A stretch of 64,000 nt of DNA, taken from assembly GCA_937870855.1 (NCBI GenBank), contig CALMWT010000012.1, positions 13,170 through 77,169 on the forward strand, in the 5' to 3' direction. The DNA is from an uncultured Taibaiella sp. Lineage in GTDB: Bacteria > Bacteroidota > Bacteroidia > Chitinophagales > Chitinophagaceae. Numbering within the stretch: position 1 is the first letter of the stretch; the number at the start of each line of letters is the position of its first letter. Shown here one piece after another: positions 1 to 10,471 of the stretch. The notes beneath the pieces are model-generated. The model saw only the letters and a program-made list of their open reading frames with translations, was not told the DNA's origin and did not search any database. The position numbers were made by a program, and so were the translations under genes.

Positions 1-2373
1 ATGCTCCATAATGCCCATGATGTGTACCTCATCACCATCGCATATAGCATCTATTTCCGCCTCCTGGCAGCGGTCGAGGAAATGGTCTATGAGAATTTTA
101 TTTCCGGGAAGATGTTTAAGCAGACTCACTACACTTTTCTCAAGTTCATCATCATTTATTACAATGCGCATTCTTTGCCCACCCAACACATAAGACGGAC
201 GCACCAACACGGGATAACCTACTTCGTTGGCTACCTCCATCGCTTCATCGGTAGTGTAAGCAGTGCCATAGCGAGGATAAGGAATTTCAAGTTCTTTCAG
301 CAAGTCGCTAAAGCGGCCTCGGTCTTCGGCAATGTCCATATTATCGAACGATGTGCCTATGATGCGAATACCTTTTTCGTGGAGGCGTTTGGCAAGCTTC
401 AGGGCTGTTTGCCCGCCCAGTTGCACTATGACACCGTAAGGTTGCTCATGTTCTATTATTTCCCAAAGATGCTCCCAATAAACCGGTTCGAAGTAAAGTT
501 TGTCGGCAATATCGAAATCGGTAGAAACAGTTTCGGGGTTGCAGTTTACCATGATGGCTTCGTAGCCAAGTTCTTTTGCAGCGAGCAAGCCATGCGTGCA
601 GCAGTAGTCAAATTCAATTCCCTGTCCTATACGATTTGGGCCAGAGCCAAGCACCACAATTTTCTTTTTATCCTGCAGTTTGCTTTCGTTGAAAACAAGG
701 TTTCCTTTTGTTTCTGAAGAAGATGCAGTAGGCTCGAAAGTAGAATAGAAGTATGGGGTTTTGGCTTCGAACTCTGCGCTGCAAGTATCCACCATTTTAT
801 ACACGCGGCGAATACCCAGCTTCTTTCTGTATTCATAAACTTCCTCGGCAGTTACATCTTTTACCAGCTCTGCAATCTGGTCGTCGCTAAAGCCCATTTG
901 CTTGGCTTCACAAAGTAGTTCATCGGGCAGCTTGTCGAGATGTTTGTATTCTTTGATCCTGTTCTCAAGATTCACGATGTCTTGTATCTGATATAAAAAC
1001 CAGCGATCAATATGGGTAAGTTCACGGAGGGTTTTAATAGATACACCTACTGCGAGGGCTTCTTTAATTCTAAAAATCCGATCCCATTGCGGGCGCTTGA
1101 AAGACTCCATCAATTCTTCGGCGGTAAGGCGGGCAGTGCTGATGAAAGAAAGTCCGGTAGCATTGTTTTCCAAACTCTGACAAGCTTTCTGCAGCGCTTC
1201 AGGAAAAGTTCTTCCGATAGCCATTACCTCTCCCACCGATTTCATCTGGAAACCAAGCGTATCATCTGCACCTTTAAATTTATCGAAGTTCCAGCGCGGC
1301 ATTTTTACAATCACATAGTCAAGTGCAGGCTCGAAGAAAGCAGAAGTTGTTTGAATGATGGGATTCTTGAGTTCATCCAAATTGTAACCAATAGCAAGTT
1401 TCGCCGCGATTTTTGCGATGGGATAACCTGTGGCTTTAGATGCAAGCGCTGAGGAACGGCTTACGCGTGGGTTTATCTCAATCACTATTATTTCTTCCGT
1501 TTCGGGATTCAATGCGAACTGTACATTACAACCTCCGGCAAAGTTTCCGAGGTCGCGCATCATCATCTGTGCGGTGTTGCGCATCAGTTGAAAAGCTGTA
1601 TCACTTAGCGTCATTGCCGGTGCAACGGTGATGCTATCGCCCGTATGAATGCCCATCGGGTCGAAATTTTCAACCGTACAAATGATAACAACATTATCCT
1701 GTGCATCGCGGAGCAGTTCCAGTTCAAATTCTTTCCATCCCATCATAGCCCTCTCTACCAACACTTCATGAATAGGTGAAGCAGATAAGGCTCTTTCAAG
1801 TGCGGGTTCAAGCTCTTCTTTTTTGAAAACCAAGCCGCCACCAGTGCCTCCTAAAGTAAACGAGGGGCGAAGCACAATGGGCAAACCTATTTCCTGCGCA
1901 AATTCTTTTCCTTCTAATAATGAGTTTGCGGTTCTTGCTTGCGCAACAGGTACGCCAAGTTCTATCATCCAATTGCGAAATTGCTCGCGGTCTTCTGCTT
2001 TGTCAATGGCTTTTATATCTACGCCTATCAGACGCACGTTATATTGCTTCCAGATGCCGAGTTCGTCCACTTCTTTGGCAAGATTGAGAGCGGTTTGTCC
2101 GCCCATAGTTGGAAGTACAGCGTCAATTTCATTTTCCTCAAGTATCTGTTCTATGCTTTCTACGGTAAGAGGAGACAAATAAACTTTATCTGCAACGATC
2201 TGATCGGTCATGATTGTTGCAGGATTGGAATTGATCAAAATTACTTTGACACCTTCTTCCCGCAGACTGCGTGCAGCTTGTGACCCTGAATAATCAAACT
2301 CACAAGCTTGTCCGATAATAATGGGACCGGAGCCTATGATCAATACAGTTTTTATGGAGTTATCGCGTGGCAT
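1..2373 (-). CDS. carB: carbamoyl-phosphate synthase large subunit, N-terminal ~790 aa (3' end lies beyond window start)
   Basis: Absent from the ORF track because it is open at the window edge. My reverse-complement translation from ATG (cat at 2371-2373) reads MPRDNSIKTVLIIGSGPIIIGQACEFDYSGSQA...VLRPSFTLGGTGGG...EINPRVSRSSALASKATGYPIAK. It continues into the second ATP-grasp half (KKIVVLGSGPNRIGQGIEFDYCC...LVRPSYVLGGQRM) with no stop down to position 1. Confidence 0.97.
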   Translation of the reverse strand, partial: MPRDNSIKTVLIIGSGPIIIGQACEFDYSGSQAARSLREEGVKVILINSNPATIMTDQIVADKVYLSPLTVESIEQILEENEIDAVLPTMGGQTALNLAKEVDELGIWKQYNVRLIGVDIKAIDKAEDREQFRNWMIELGVPVAQARTANSLLEGKEFAQEIGLPIVLRPSFTLGGTGGGLVFKKEELEPALERALSASPIHEVLVERAMMGWKEFELELLRDAQDNVVIICTVENFDPMGIHTGDSITVAPAMTLSDTAFQLMRNTAQMMMRDLGNFAGGCNVQFALNPETEEIIVIEINPRVSRSSALASKATGYPIAKIAAKLAIGYNLDELKNPIIQTTSAFFEPALDYVIVKMPRWNFDKFKGADDTLGFQMKSVGEVMAIGRTFPEALQKACQSLENNATGLSFISTARLTAEELMESFKRPQWDRIFRIKEALAVGVSIKTLRELTHIDRWFLYQIQDIVNLENRIKEYKHLDKLPDELLCEAKQMGFSDDQIAELVKDVTAEEVYEYRKKLGIRRVYKMVDTCSAEFEAKTPYFYSTFEPTASSSETKGNLVFNESKLQDKKKIVVLGSGPNRIGQGIEFDYCCTHGLLAAKELGYEAIMVNCNPETVSTDFDIADKLYFEPVYWEHLWEIIEHEQPYGVIVQLGGQTALKLAKRLHEKGIRIIGTSFDNMDIAEDRGRFSDLLKELEIPYPRYGTAYTTDEAMEVANEVGYPVLVRPSYVLGGQRMRIVINDDELEKSVVSLLKHLPGNKILIDHFLDRCQEAEIDAICDGDEVHIMGIMEH

Positions 2374-2705
2374 ATTTTAATTCAAAATTAAAAAGTCAAA
2401 AAAGGGTAGAACTGTAAAATCGCTTTTCCTTTTTCGTTCCGACTTTGCAGGCGTGAGCAGATATGAAAATCGGGCTCAACGCCCGAGGCGCGAAACTAAT
2501 TTAAAAAACTCAATTTCCATTTTTAGACTTTTGCTGCCGGCATGTTTTAACGGGAATATTTAAGCCCTTAGCCCTATAGCAATTGTGCAACAACAAATTC
2601 TATCTTTACCCAAACGGAAAAAAAACAAAGGAATAAGTTTAAGCAACCTGTTTTTTTGGCAACTTTGCCATAATTTTTTCAAATTTTAGCGCCGATTACG
2701 ACTTT

Positions 2706-3731
2706 ATGGGATTGTTCAGCTTCTTAACGCAGGAAATAGCCATTGACCTTGGCACCGCCAATACACTTATTATTCACAATGATCAGGTGGTTGTTGATGA
2801 ACCGTCCATCGTAGCGATAGACCGCACTACTAATAAAATAGTAGCTGTAGGGAAGAAGGCGATGATGATGCACGAAAAAACCCATGAAAACCTAAAGACA
2901 ATTCGTCCTTTGAAAGACGGGGTAATAGCCGACTTTAATGCGGCAGAGGGTATGCTGCGCGAAATGATAAAGTTAGTTTATCCCAAAAAGCCTTTGTTTC
3001 CACCAAGCTGGAGAATGGTGATCTGTATTCCATCTTCTATTACCGAAGTTGAAAAACGTGCGGTGCGCGATAGTGCGGAACAGGCTGGTGCAAAGGAAGT
3101 TTATATGATTCATGAACCAATGGCGGCAGCGCTTGGTATAGGCATTGACGTAGAGGAGCCAACGGGCAATATGATCATTGATATTGGTGGTGGTACAACA
3201 GGCATTTCAGTAATTGCACTTGCAGGCATAGTTTGCGATCAGTCTATTCGTATTGCAGGTGATGAATTTACCGCCGATATTATGGAAGCAATGCGTCGTT
3301 ACCATAGTTTAATGATAGGCGAGCGTACTGCCGAGCAAATAAAAATTCATGTGGGTTCTGCACTAAAAGATTTAGACACCCCGCCCGATGATATTGCTGT
3401 AAATGGTCGTGATCTTGTAACAGGAATACCCAAGCAAATAATGGTTTCTTATCAGGAAGTTGCAGAAGCTTTGGATAAGTCTATTTTCAAAATAGAAGAA
3501 GCGATTTTAAAAGCATTGGAAAGCACGCCACCAGAACTTGCTGCGGATATTTATCGTCGTGGTTTGTACCTGACAGGCGGTGGTGCATTACTTCGGGGAC
3601 TTGATAAACGTATCTCTCACAAGATCAAGTTGCCGGTGCATGTAGCCGACGATCCTTTGCGTGCAGTAGTGCGTGGCACGGGCATGGCTTTGAAGAATGT
3701 GTCGAAAATGCAACCCTTTCTGATGAAGTAG
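2706..3731 (+). CDS. mreB: rod shape-determining actin homolog MreB
   Basis: 341-aa ORF with actin-fold motifs IAIDLGTANT, DIGGGTT and LTGGGALLRGLD. It is followed by mreC and mreD. Confidence 0.97.
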   Translation: MGLFSFLTQEIAIDLGTANTLIIHNDQVVVDEPSIVAIDRTTNKIVAVGKKAMMMHEKTHENLKTIRPLKDGVIADFNAAEGMLREMIKLVYPKKPLFPPSWRMVICIPSSITEVEKRAVRDSAEQAGAKEVYMIHEPMAAALGIGIDVEEPTGNMIIDIGGGTTGISVIALAGIVCDQSIRIAGDEFTADIMEAMRRYHSLMIGERTAEQIKIHVGSALKDLDTPPDDIAVNGRDLVTGIPKQIMVSYQEVAEALDKSIFKIEEAILKALESTPPELAADIYRRGLYLTGGGALLRGLDKRISHKIKLPVHVADDPLRAVVRGTGMALKNVSKMQPFLMK

Positions 3732-3824
3732 TTGTGTGAAAAATTTGATGATTTGAAATTTGATAAAAGCACTGTGAATAAGAACATCACCAAATCACCA
3801 AATTATCTCCTCATCAAATAACCT

Positions 3825-4679
3825 GTGCGGAATTTCATCTTATTTATACGTCGTTTTTTTAACCTCATACTTTTTCTCATTCTTGAAATAGTATGTTTCG
3901 TTCTTATTGCGCGCACTAATATGTTGCAGGGAAATGATGTTTTGAGTTCTGCAAATACTGTTGCGGGTTTGGTTTACCAAAAGCGAGAAGATGTCGTTTA
4001 TTATTTTGGATTGAAGCGAATGAACGATAGCCTTCTAAGTGAAAATATTCGCCTCCGGCTACAGTTGGCTCAGATACAAGGCTTAGATACTTTGAGAGAT
4101 AGTCGCGTGGCAAGACAATCTGTTGAAAACGATTCTACACGAATAGTACGATACGCCAACTACATTTATAGAACCGCTCGTGTTGTAAATAATTCCGTGA
4201 CTTCGGAGAATAATTACATCACTATCAATCGCGGTTCAAAGCATGGTATTAAGAAAGGTATGGCGGTGCTTTCAAGTACGGGTGTGGTTGGCGAGGTGAT
4301 AAGTGTGTCGGGTAATTTTGCGAGTATTCTATCGGTATTGAATGTAAAGAGAAAGCTCAGTGCGAAACTGAAAAATGGAACAATGGGTTCGGTAATGTGG
4401 GAAGAGGGCAGACCCGATGTGCTTATTTTAGAAGATATTCCAAAGGAAATAAAAGTATTCAGAGGCGATAGTGTTTTTACAACCAGCTATTCATTTTTCC
4501 GGTCCGATGTGCTGATAGGAACAGTAGATCGGGTGCGGATAAACAAAAAGAATAACATTCAATTGCTATACTTGAAAAGCGCTACTAACTTCCGGAATCT
4601 CCAATATGTGTATGTGGTAGAAGACCTGATGATGGACGAAAGAAGAAAACTGGAAGACTCAACACAGAAGGCAAAATGA
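3825..4679 (+). CDS. mreC: rod shape-determining protein MreC
   Basis: 284-aa ORF with GTG start, directly after mreB. It has an N-terminal TM helix, a coiled-coil-like segment, then a beta-rich domain (GMAVLSSTGVVGEVISVSGNFA). Confidence 0.85.
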   Translation: MRNFILFIRRFFNLILFLILEIVCFVLIARTNMLQGNDVLSSANTVAGLVYQKREDVVYYFGLKRMNDSLLSENIRLRLQLAQIQGLDTLRDSRVARQSVENDSTRIVRYANYIYRTARVVNNSVTSENNYITINRGSKHGIKKGMAVLSSTGVVGEVISVSGNFASILSVLNVKRKLSAKLKNGTMGSVMWEEGRPDVLILEDIPKEIKVFRGDSVFTTSYSFFRSDVLIGTVDRVRINKKNNIQLLYLKSATNFRNLQYVYVVEDLMMDERRKLEDSTQKAK

Positions 4680-5221
4680 GCGACTACTTAAAAAATTTTT
4701 TGAGATTTTGCATCATTGTACTTATTCAGGTGCTTATACTGAATAAGATCACTTTGCGTTGGTGGTCGCAACCGATTGGCTTTCCGGTTTTTATTCCCTA
4801 CATCTACCCTTTGTTCATTTTGTTGCTTCCGTTTGAGACAAGTGTGGTTACTCTTTTATTGTGCGGCTTTGCTCTGGGACTCACTATGGATACTTTCATG
4901 AATACCGCCGGTATGCATGCTTGCGCAACGGTACTCATTGCATATTTGCGAACGAATGTGCTTAATGCTTTGTTGCCTAAAAATTTGATAGAATATCCAA
5001 ACCAATCGCCCAATGTAAAGAATATGGGCTGGATGCCTTTCCTTGTTTACAGCTCCTTTCTCATCGTCATCCATCATGCGGTGTTTTTCACCATAGAACT
5101 TTGGAGCTTATCGAACATTGGTTATTTGCTTTTAAAAATTGCCGCATCGAGTGTCACCTCGCTAATGTTTGTAATTGCATACCTGTTGTTATTTACCCGA
5201 CAAAGTTCCCTGAAGGGTTGA
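4676..5221 (+). CDS. mreD: rod shape-determining protein MreD
   Basis: 181-aa polytopic hydrophobic ORF whose start overlaps the mreC stop by 4 nt (ATGA). The call rests on position and size. Confidence 0.75.
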   Translation: MSDYLKNFLRFCIIVLIQVLILNKITLRWWSQPIGFPVFIPYIYPLFILLLPFETSVVTLLLCGFALGLTMDTFMNTAGMHACATVLIAYLRTNVLNALLPKNLIEYPNQSPNVKNMGWMPFLVYSSFLIVIHHAVFFTIELWSLSNIGYLLLKIAASSVTSLMFVIAYLLLFTRQSSLKG

Positions 5222-5223
5222 GG

Positions 5224-6909
5224 CTACCATTGTTCTCCGGTCTCATTCATGTCCACTTTTTTCCAGCTACTGCCCTGCTGAAAAAGGATAGCCATGTTTG
5301 CAGGTTTTGACTTTAGGCTAAGAATGTATTCATGTCCTGGGTCGGTCATGTTCACTTTATACAATTCATTTTCGTAGCTCCCCGCCCCCCCATAATTATA
5401 CATCCACCAGGTACCCCATTGATTTAAAGTAACTTTCAAAGTCATGCTGTCCAATACCGTTACATGAGCGCCATCCCAGGTGTGCTGCATATTGTAAGAA
5501 GAAACTTCATACAGCTTTCCGCTCATTGTATCGCTTTCGAAGAGTTTCATTTGTTGCTCAAATTCGTTCAGTTCATTTGCAGGCATAATGCGAACATCTT
5601 TATAGTAACTCGGCAGGTTGAGTAAAAGCACAGGGTCATTTTTTCTAAACGGAAAATCTTTTAGTATGCCATATTGAATTGTTGCTGCAGTCTTCCAGTG
5701 AAAAACTTTTCGTTCGGTATAAATCAAACAAACCAACAAATAGAAAGCCGAGAACCACATCGAAAAATTTTTGTTCCCCACTTTAAAGATAAGCAAGGCA
5801 ACAAGCATGTATGTAAACAGTCCGGGTTGATAACTCCGCCTGCTGTTATACGCCGAAAATAAATCGTCGAAATAGATGGGGCTGACAAGAATTAAACTAC
5901 AGATAATTCCAAGCAACAAGAATGCTGCGATTTGCATTTCGGCGCTCAGTTTTTTAAAGCGCACTAGTAAAATGGAAAGGGCTAAAATCAGAATCAATGA
6001 GACACTATAATAAACAGCAGGTTTCGATAAGAATTCGTAGAATGCAAACCTTGTTTTTTCAGGCCAATGTCCGGTCAGGAAAATGAGGTTGGAAAGGTAT
6101 TTTCCTACCTTGGGTAAGAGATCTCCTGTGGCGAGCGAAAATTCATTTGTAACTCCATAATGTGCTATCCATGCTCCATGTGATATGCGGAACAGCAATA
6201 GATGTAGGAAGAATAAAACAGCTTGCACTAAAAATATTTTCTTCAATGCCGAGCGGAAAGTTGAAGAATCAATCAGTCCTGCCCAAGAATAACCAAGAAT
6301 GAGCGCAAGTGTAAGAGCGGGGGTGATGTAAAAGATTTCTAAGGTGAAAAGACTTAAAAAAAATACACCAATGGCATAGACTACAAATTTTCCATTTCCC
6401 GTTAACAAATACTTTCTTGTCCAGATCAAAATGCCTATCTGCATCAAAATGCCTGTTAGGTAATGATATCCGCCTTTCCAAATTGTGACCTCGGTAATGT
6501 TAGGGTTAAATAAAAAAAAGAGCATCCCGAATAAGGCAATCAGCCTTGCATTTCGGACACCAAAATCCTGCAACAGATTTTTGAAGAAGGAAAAAGCCAG
6601 CGCTCCGTTTAGGGCGTGAAGTGAAGTGAATAGTAAAAACCAGGGAATAGGGCTTGTGCCGAACAAATGAATGAGTGCATACAACTGAAGTTGCGTCACC
6701 TGATAAAAACTTTTTACTTCGGCGTTGCTACGATTTAAGAAATCTAAAAAAGAAACATCGTCTATGTAAAAGTACATTCCAATAAAATCGGCTATAAAAC
6801 CGGCTTTGTAAGCGGGCATATAAACGATCATTACTACTACCCACAGACTGCTAAATAACAACAATTTGTTGGTGAGCAATTTGGAAGCAAATGTTTTAAC
6901 AGCGTCCAT
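5224..6909 (-). CDS. large polytopic membrane protein, possible GT-C-type (ArnT/PMT/YfhO-like) glycosyltransferase
   Basis: 561 aa. About 12 hydrophobic helices fill the first ~400 aa, followed by a soluble ~150-aa C-terminal domain. The call rests on architecture only; I see no firm family motif. Confidence 0.4.
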   Translation of the reverse strand: MDAVKTFASKLLTNKLLLFSSLWVVVMIVYMPAYKAGFIADFIGMYFYIDDVSFLDFLNRSNAEVKSFYQVTQLQLYALIHLFGTSPIPWFLLFTSLHALNGALAFSFFKNLLQDFGVRNARLIALFGMLFFLFNPNITEVTIWKGGYHYLTGILMQIGILIWTRKYLLTGNGKFVVYAIGVFFLSLFTLEIFYITPALTLALILGYSWAGLIDSSTFRSALKKIFLVQAVLFFLHLLLFRISHGAWIAHYGVTNEFSLATGDLLPKVGKYLSNLIFLTGHWPEKTRFAFYEFLSKPAVYYSVSLILILALSILLVRFKKLSAEMQIAAFLLLGIICSLILVSPIYFDDLFSAYNSRRSYQPGLFTYMLVALLIFKVGNKNFSMWFSAFYLLVCLIYTERKVFHWKTAATIQYGILKDFPFRKNDPVLLLNLPSYYKDVRIMPANELNEFEQQMKLFESDTMSGKLYEVSSYNMQHTWDGAHVTVLDSMTLKVTLNQWGTWWMYNYGGAGSYENELYKVNMTDPGHEYILSLKSKPANMAILFQQGSSWKKVDMNETGEQW

Positions 6910-6964
6910 CAGATAAAGAAAATACAGTCCAAAGTACGCAGATAATAGAAGGAAATTTCACAAG

Positions 6965-8089
6965 CTAACTGACGCACTTCATCATGCTGTCCCAAAGTCT
7001 TGCAGCAGTTTTATCCCAGCTAAATTTTTCTACCTGACCGGGCGCAGCAGCAATCAATCGCTCGCGCAACATTTCGTCTTTATAGAGCTGCTCCATTTTG
7101 GAGGCAATATCTTCGGGGTCTTGGGGGTCAACCAGCAAAGACGCATCGCCGCCTACTTCCGGCATTGAAGAAGTGTTGCTCACAATTGCAGGTACATTGC
7201 ATTGCAGCGCCTCCACTATCGGAATACCAAAGCCTTCAAAAAGGGAAGCATATACAAGTGCATACGCAGCGCCTGTCACTTTCGAAAGCGCTTTTACGTC
7301 AAGATATCCCACCCATTTTACGTCATTTTTAAAAGGCATTTCCGCACGCATTTCCTCTATCTCTTTATAGTTCCAGGCCAGGCGACCTACAATTACAAGT
7401 TTCATATTGCTTCGCTGCCTTTTCTTAAAAATGATAAATGCCTTTAAGAGGTTTACAATGTTTTTTCGTGGATGCAGTGCCCCTGCAAACACAAAGTATT
7501 CACATCCGTCAGCGTATTGTTGTTTTGTTTGTTCTCTTTTTTCCCAGGTCAGGGGTTTGTATTCATCATGTGCGCCGTTATAAGAAACATCAATTTTATC
7601 AGCCGGCACATTATACCGTTGAGAAATGTCGCTCTTTGAAAACTCAGAAACCGTCACAATCCTTTTTGCTTTACGTGCATAAAGCGGAGAGTATTTTTGG
7701 TAAAAGAATTTATGACTCTTCTTTAAATGCTCAGGATAGTGCTCAAATGCCAGGTCGTGCATCACAACGCAGGTAGGCACTTTTGTGTTTAAAGACATCA
7801 AGCCATCCGGCGATAAGAAAAGATCAGCTTTGTATTTGCGCAATATGTAGGGAATGTGTAGTTCAAACCAGATGTAAAACAAAACGGGATGTCTTGCCTG
7901 GGGCATTAGAACTATGGGAGTTACATTACTTGCATACACAAATGTCGGATCATAGGCACGGTCGAAGAAAAAAATAAATTCATGTTCCGGGTGTTGGGTT
8001 ACAATTCGTTTTAGTGTCTCGTTGGTGTACCATCCTATCCCTTCTAATTTGCCTTTTAGCAAAAGTCTTGTGTTGACGGCGATGCGCAT
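6965..8089 (-). CDS. glycosyltransferase family 4 (GT-B)
   Basis: C-terminal GT4 motif LFEGFGIPIVEALQCNVPAIVSNTSSMPEVGG. I prefer the ATG at 8089 (MRIAVNTRLL) over the TTG at 8098 used by the ORF track. Confidence 0.85.
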   Translation of the reverse strand: MRIAVNTRLLLKGKLEGIGWYTNETLKRIVTQHPEHEFIFFFDRAYDPTFVYASNVTPIVLMPQARHPVLFYIWFELHIPYILRKYKADLFLSPDGLMSLNTKVPTCVVMHDLAFEHYPEHLKKSHKFFYQKYSPLYARKAKRIVTVSEFSKSDISQRYNVPADKIDVSYNGAHDEYKPLTWEKREQTKQQYADGCEYFVFAGALHPRKNIVNLLKAFIIFKKRQRSNMKLVIVGRLAWNYKEIEEMRAEMPFKNDVKWVGYLDVKALSKVTGAAYALVYASLFEGFGIPIVEALQCNVPAIVSNTSSMPEVGGDASLLVDPQDPEDIASKMEQLYKDEMLRERLIAAAPGQVEKFSWDKTAARLWDSMMKCVS

Positions 8090-8150
8090 TGGCGGCAAAA
8101 ATATAATTTTACCATTTTACATCTTCTCAAAAAATTTAGCCCCCTAAGGC

Positions 8151-9596
8151 ATGCGCCGTTTTTTTGCTCAGAATTTGCTTTTCGTAATGTCAGTCAACTT
8201 GCTTGTAAAGCCGGTGTGGATCTTCATGATTGATAGAACGGTGCAGAATACTGTAGGCCATGCTGCTTATGGCATCTATCAGGCGCTAATGAATTTGGGC
8301 GTAGTTTTCTACATCCTGCTTGATGTTGGCATCAACAATTATAACAACAGGTCGCTGGCGCAAAACCCCCGACGCATACGTGTGCTTTTTCCGGCCATGT
8401 TGTCGGCGCGTATTGTACTCAGCATATTCTATATGATTATTGTGTGTTTGGTGGGCATGTTGCTGGGTTATAGAGGCTGGCAATTGGGCATGTTACTGGG
8501 CGTGTTGGTGATACAAACTTTAAACGCACTGCTTCAATTTCTGAGAAGTAATATTTCGGGATTGCATAAGTTTCGTGCGGATGCGGTGTTATCTGTTGTA
8601 GATCGTTTTCTGATGATCCTGATCTGTGGCGCACTACTTATTATTCCCGTTACAAGAAATGCCTTCAAAATTGAGTGGTTCATTATTGCCCAAATATTTT
8701 GCTACGGTTCTGCCGCCATTGCAGGACTTATTTTACTAAAGAGAATATCGAATGTGCGGCTGGCTTTTTCGTTAAATACCAAACGAATCATGAAGATCGT
8801 GAAGGAAAGTTTTCCCTATGCAATGCTCATATTTCTAATGTCGGTTTACACACGTGCCGATACAATGCTTATAGAACGCTTGTGCGGTCCTTTGGGGGAT
8901 GAACAGGCAGGCGTATATGCCGCAGCTTACCGGTTGCTGGATGTTGGAAATATGTTCGGACTTATGTTTGCCGGTCTTTTGTTGCCATTGTTTGGTCGGT
9001 TGCTGGCACGCAAATCTTCGGTTCAGCCTATTGTTCAGTTATGCGTAAACTTACTTCTGCCGGTTTCTATACTTGTTGCGGTAATCTCAATCTATTTCAG
9101 AAGTGAGATCATGCACTTGCTATACAAGCACACAACCGATCAGGGTATTGAAGTCTTTGCTTTCTTGATGTTAGCCTTTCCGGCGTTCAGTTTATCAAAC
9201 GTTTATTCCACATTGCTTACTGCAAATGGTGATCTTAGATTGCTAAACAGAATTGCAATTTTAGGCGTTGTCATAAACCTCTCCCTTAATTTTTTCCTTA
9301 TTCCCCAATATTTTGCCTTAGGCGCTGCTTTTGCCGCTTGCATAACACAAAGCGTACTCGCTATTTGCTTTATTGTTTTTGCAAAGCGTCAAATTAAATT
9401 GCAACGGAACATACGATGGGTATTTTCCTTTTTGTTTTTCTTCGTACTCATTGTAGCCTTTGGTTATGGTGTGCGGATTTTACCGTTTGGATGGGGTTGG
9501 CAGTTGCTGATGTTAGCTACTCTGGGAGCAGGTACTATTTTCCTTTTCCGCTTTATTTCTTTCCGCTCGGTCATGCATGTAATGAAAGCGAAGTAG
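8151..9596 (+). CDS. MOP-superfamily polysaccharide flippase (Wzx-like)
   Basis: 481 aa with about 14 predicted TM helices and the typical 'polysaccharide biosynthesis protein' architecture. It is divergent from the GT4 gene across a 61-bp spacer. Confidence 0.7.
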   Translation: MRRFFAQNLLFVMSVNLLVKPVWIFMIDRTVQNTVGHAAYGIYQALMNLGVVFYILLDVGINNYNNRSLAQNPRRIRVLFPAMLSARIVLSIFYMIIVCLVGMLLGYRGWQLGMLLGVLVIQTLNALLQFLRSNISGLHKFRADAVLSVVDRFLMILICGALLIIPVTRNAFKIEWFIIAQIFCYGSAAIAGLILLKRISNVRLAFSLNTKRIMKIVKESFPYAMLIFLMSVYTRADTMLIERLCGPLGDEQAGVYAAAYRLLDVGNMFGLMFAGLLLPLFGRLLARKSSVQPIVQLCVNLLLPVSILVAVISIYFRSEIMHLLYKHTTDQGIEVFAFLMLAFPAFSLSNVYSTLLTANGDLRLLNRIAILGVVINLSLNFFLIPQYFALGAAFAACITQSVLAICFIVFAKRQIKLQRNIRWVFSFLFFFVLIVAFGYGVRILPFGWGWQLLMLATLGAGTIFLFRFISFRSVMHVMKAK

Positions 9597-9725
9597 ATCT
9601 CCTGCCCTTGCATGATACGACTTAACCGCGGCTTTGCTACGGCTTTACCTTGGCTTAAGTATCACGCTGCTCCTTTTATCGCCACTAAAAAAATCCGTTT
9701 ATCCATTGGTGTTTTCAAGAAGTAA

Positions 9726-9741
9726 AATGTAATATTGCATT
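9726..9741. promoter_or_regulatory. 16-bp imperfect palindrome AATGTAAT/ATTGCATT, candidate operator
   Basis: 7 of 8 positions are self-complementary. It lies ~150 bp upstream of the wHTH regulator gene. Confidence 0.25.
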
Positions 9742-9747
9742 CTAAAT

Positions 9748-9788
9748 GAGTAGTTTTTCTACTCGATGTTAGTCCCGATGATGGGACT
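9748..9788 (+). other. two adjacent 6-bp stem-loops (gagtag-ttttt-ctactc; agtccc-gatgat-gggact)
   Basis: Read directly in the 296-bp gap between the flippase and the regulator. Neither has a trailing T-run, so they are not classical terminators. Confidence 0.3.
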
Positions 9789-9892
9789 GACCACGGCGAA
9801 GCCATTGATAAATGCAGTTTCGACGTTGTTTAAGCGACACTTAATAACCTGCCAACCTCCCGCACTTTTCTATTTATTTCCACCTTCTTTCA

Positions 9893-10471
9893 GTGTTAGA
9901 GACTTTAATTTCTTCTAAAACCCGCATTAAATTGTTGATGCGATTGTTCCTGAATCCAGGAAACACTGCTCATTTGCGCGGACTTGCCGAAGATTTTGGG
10001 GAAAGTACTAATGCGGTACGTTTGGAGTTAAATCGCTTTGAAGAGGCAGGAATGGTATCTTCTGAAGCGTCTGGTAATAAGAAGATCTATAAGGCAAATC
10101 ATCAGCACCCATTGTTCCCCGATATTAATAATATCCTCCTTAAATACATTGGCATTGATAAGGTGATTGATACGGTTATTCACCGAATCGGTGACTTGCA
10201 AATGTTGTTTATGACGGGAGATTATGCTTTGGGAAAGGACTCGGGCATTATAGATCTGATATTTGTAGGAGATCTCAATAAGCAATATCTACTGAATCTG
10301 GTGGAAAAAGCTGAGAAGCTGGTTAGTAAAAAGATCAGATACATTACTTATGAATCAGGGGAATGGGAACGGGAGAAGTCGGAACTCATTGCCGGAAGCA
10401 AAGTTTTGATGATCTGGGAAAAGCCCGCTCGTTCTATGGCAATATTGGATGGTAGTAAACCGGGTCATTAA
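9893..10471 (+). CDS. winged-helix (ArsR-like) transcriptional regulator
   Basis: 192 aa with GTG start. The N-terminal wHTH segment reads TAHLRGLAEDFGESTNAVRLELNRFEEAGMV. It lies immediately upstream of the UpxY-like gene. Confidence 0.6.
   Translation: MLETLISSKTRIKLLMRLFLNPGNTAHLRGLAEDFGESTNAVRLELNRFEEAGMVSSEASGNKKIYKANHQHPLFPDINNILLKYIGIDKVIDTVIHRIGDLQMLFMTGDYALGKDSGIIDLIFVGDLNKQYLLNLVEKAEKLVSKKIRYITYESGEWEREKSELIAGSKVLMIWEKPARSMAILDGSKPGH

Noticed and set aside
1-2283. Plus-strand ORFs in the track (1-717, 1012-1452, 1823-2182, 1939-2283 and others) and the minus-strand ORF 627-836
   Set aside because: All lie inside carB on the minus strand. CarB translates without stops and carries unmistakable CarB motifs. 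The listed ORFs have low-complexity, odd compositions typical of antisense or off-frame reading.
2470-2486. 6-bp GC stem-loop (tcgggc-tcaac-gcccga) in the carB/mreB divergent spacer, as a possible carB attenuator or riboswitch
   Set aside because: It is a single short hairpin with no convincing T-run or alternative pairing, and I recognise no known leader family.
8099-8150. TATTTTTG (minus-strand TAnnTTTG match) upstream of the GT4 gene as a promoter
   Set aside because: The box ends only 6 nt before the preferred ATG and overlaps the alternative TTG start, and no -33 element is evident. It may be a coincidence in an AT-rich spacer.
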